Shown here piece after piece: positions 46,742-48,307 of a stretch of 48,307 nucleotides of DNA. Positions within the stretch are counted from its first letter, which is position 1, and the number at the start of each line of letters is the position of its first letter. Where the stretch lies: positions 1 through 48,307 of the forward strand of contig JAJDCV010000282.1 in the NCBI GenBank assembly GCA_029260675.1. Reading direction: 5' to 3'. Origin of the DNA: Phycisphaeraceae bacterium (GTDB lineage: Bacteria; Planctomycetota; Phycisphaerae; Phycisphaerales; Phycisphaeraceae). The notes beneath the pieces are model-generated. The model was not told the DNA's origin. It saw only the letters and a program-made list of their open reading frames with translations, and did not search any database. Position numbers and translations under genes: made by a program.

Positions 46742-48093
46742 TGAACACGAAACACGTTGACACGGATGCCGCGGCCGAAGCGCTGACCCGGGCGGGCATG
46801 GGTAGGGCGCAAGCCGATCTGAAATCGCAATGCCTCGCGGGCTTGTCCGACTCGGTGTCGCGGATGGGGGGGCAAAGTGCCAAAGCCTACTTCATCCCCG
46901 GCCGGATCGAGGCGCTGGGCAAACACGTCGACTACGCCGGCGGACGGAGCCTGACCTGCGCCACCGAGCAGGGGTTCTGCATGGTCGTCTCACCGAGAGA
47001 TGACAACCAGGTTCGCATCATCGAGCCGACCCGGAAGCTCGAGGCGTCGTTCGCGCTGGACCCCCAACTCGAGCCCTGCGCTGACGACTGGACCAACTAC
47101 CCGATGACGCTCAGCCGACGGATCGCACAAAACTTCCTCCGCAGTTACCAAGGCAAACTGCGCGGCTGTGACATCGCCTTCACCAGCGACCTGCCCCAGG
47201 CCGCCGGGCTCAGCAGCTCCAGCGCCATGATCATTGCGATCTTCATGGCGATCGGCGATGTCAACGGTCTTGAACAGCACCCGGCATACACGGCCCAGAT
47301 CAAGTCGGACCTCGACCTCGCCGGCTACCTGGGCGCCGCCGAAAACGGGCTGAACTACGGCTCACTTAAAGGCGACCGCGGTGTGGGCACACTTGGCGGG
47401 AGCCAGGATCACACCGCGATCCTCTGCGCACAGGCCAACACGCTTAGCCGATTCTCCTACCTCCCGGTCCAGATGGAATCGCGGGTGAGCCTCCCGCAAG
47501 ACCACGTCTTTGTGATCGGTGTCAGCGGGGTCCACGCCGAGAAGGCCGGCAACGCCCAGGCGCAGTACAACCGGGCGTCTTCCCTGGCGCGTGAAGGCGC
47601 CGCGCTGTGGTGCCGCGAGACCGGCCGAGACGACCCGCACCTGGCGGCGGCGGTGGATTCATCTGCCGGTGCGATCGAGCATCTGTGCGAGATCATCGGC
47701 AAGGCCGAGGCGCCGCTGCGCCAACGTGTCCAGCACTTCCTTGATGAGACTTACCATATTGTCCCCCGAGCCTGCGATGCGTTGAGCGCGGGAGACCTCA
47801 AAGCCTTCGGTGAGTTGACCGACCGGTCGCAGCACGGGGCCGAGACAAAACTGGGCAATCAGGTGCCGCAGACCGTTTACCTGGCCAGGAGCGCCCGCAA
47901 ACTGGGCGCTTCCGGGGCGAGCGCGTTCGGGGCGGGATTCGGGGGTAGCGTGTGGGCTTTGGTTAAAGAAGATCACGCAGAGAAATTCATAGCCGACTGG
48001 TCCCGGGGATACAAGAAGGCGTTTCCGGAGCAGGCCGGTGAGGCCGTATTCATCACCACTCACGCAGGCCCAGCCGCGATGCGCGTGTGGTAA
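46741..48093 (+). CDS. GHMP-family sugar kinase (galactokinase-like)
   Basis: PGRIEALGKHVDY, PQAAGLSSSSA, GAGFGG. Confidence 0.88.
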   Translation: MNTKHVDTDAAAEALTRAGMGRAQADLKSQCLAGLSDSVSRMGGQSAKAYFIPGRIEALGKHVDYAGGRSLTCATEQGFCMVVSPRDDNQVRIIEPTRKLEASFALDPQLEPCADDWTNYPMTLSRRIAQNFLRSYQGKLRGCDIAFTSDLPQAAGLSSSSAMIIAIFMAIGDVNGLEQHPAYTAQIKSDLDLAGYLGAAENGLNYGSLKGDRGVGTLGGSQDHTAILCAQANTLSRFSYLPVQMESRVSLPQDHVFVIGVSGVHAEKAGNAQAQYNRASSLAREGAALWCRETGRDDPHLAAAVDSSAGAIEHLCEIIGKAEAPLRQRVQHFLDETYHIVPRACDALSAGDLKAFGELTDRSQHGAETKLGNQVPQTVYLARSARKLGASGASAFGAGFGGSVWALVKEDHAEKFIADWSRGYKKAFPEQAGEAVFITTHAGPAAMRVW

Positions 48094-48131
48094 GCCCGGG
48101 CATGAAGTGCGGCTTTCAACGACGACCCAAG

Positions 48132-48307
48132 TTAGCTCGTCACGGTGCGCAGATTGCCGGCTCGTCCGGGGACAGCGATCTGCTGGAACGAGCCTGTCGA
48201 GGCGGACTCCCGTGCGGCCAGGCACATCGCGGCGCTGAGCAGCCCGTCGTCGAGTGTGGACTTAGATTTCGCCTGGCCACGGATGACGTGCAGGAAATTC
48301 TTGATCA
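48132..48307 (-). CDS. 3' end of a partial gene, probably a Gfo/Idh/MocA oxidoreductase
   Basis: Manual translation ...IKNFLHVIRGQAKSKSTLDDGLLSAAMCLAARESASTG...* resembles the C-terminus of that family. Confidence 0.5.
   Translation of the reverse strand, partial: IKNFLHVIRGQAKSKSTLDDGLLSAAMCLAARESASTGSFQQIAVPGRAGNLRTVTS

Overview
This is a GC-rich bacterial window. About 40 kb (92-39909) forms one self-contained extracellular electron transfer (EET) island. It encodes ten multiheme c-type cytochromes with about 100 hand-counted heme-attachment motifs (91 CxxCH plus 9 CX3CH/CX4CH). The island has five parts. (1) An outer-surface module: a stand-alone tetraheme cytochrome matching the Geobacter OmcE nanowire subunit, two NHL beta-propeller lipoproteins, a pentaheme lipoprotein, a beta-barrel porin and an OmcE-domain 12-heme protein. 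(2) Two separate inner-membrane quinol modules: CbcL-like plus NapC/NirT-like, and a split-cytochrome-b Rieske complex with a pentaheme partner. Each comes with 15-heme periplasmic cytochrome(s) and a redoxin-TPR protein. (3) A System I*-type ccm maturation operon, including an unlisted 59-aa ccmD. (4) Heme supply genes: hemA and siroheme-dependent ahbAB, ahbC, ahbD. (5) A regulatory set: PhnD-like binding protein, ATPase-less HAMP-HisKA protein, RegB-like kinase and sigma54 activator. Five transcription units start with a sigma54 -24/-12 motif, and a recurring TTCTCA-N4-TGAGAA palindrome is a candidate enhancer. The last ~8 kb is an unrelated sugar uptake/salvage locus. No RNA genes, CRISPR arrays or mobile elements were seen. 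All family calls come from motif recognition by eye; no searches were run.
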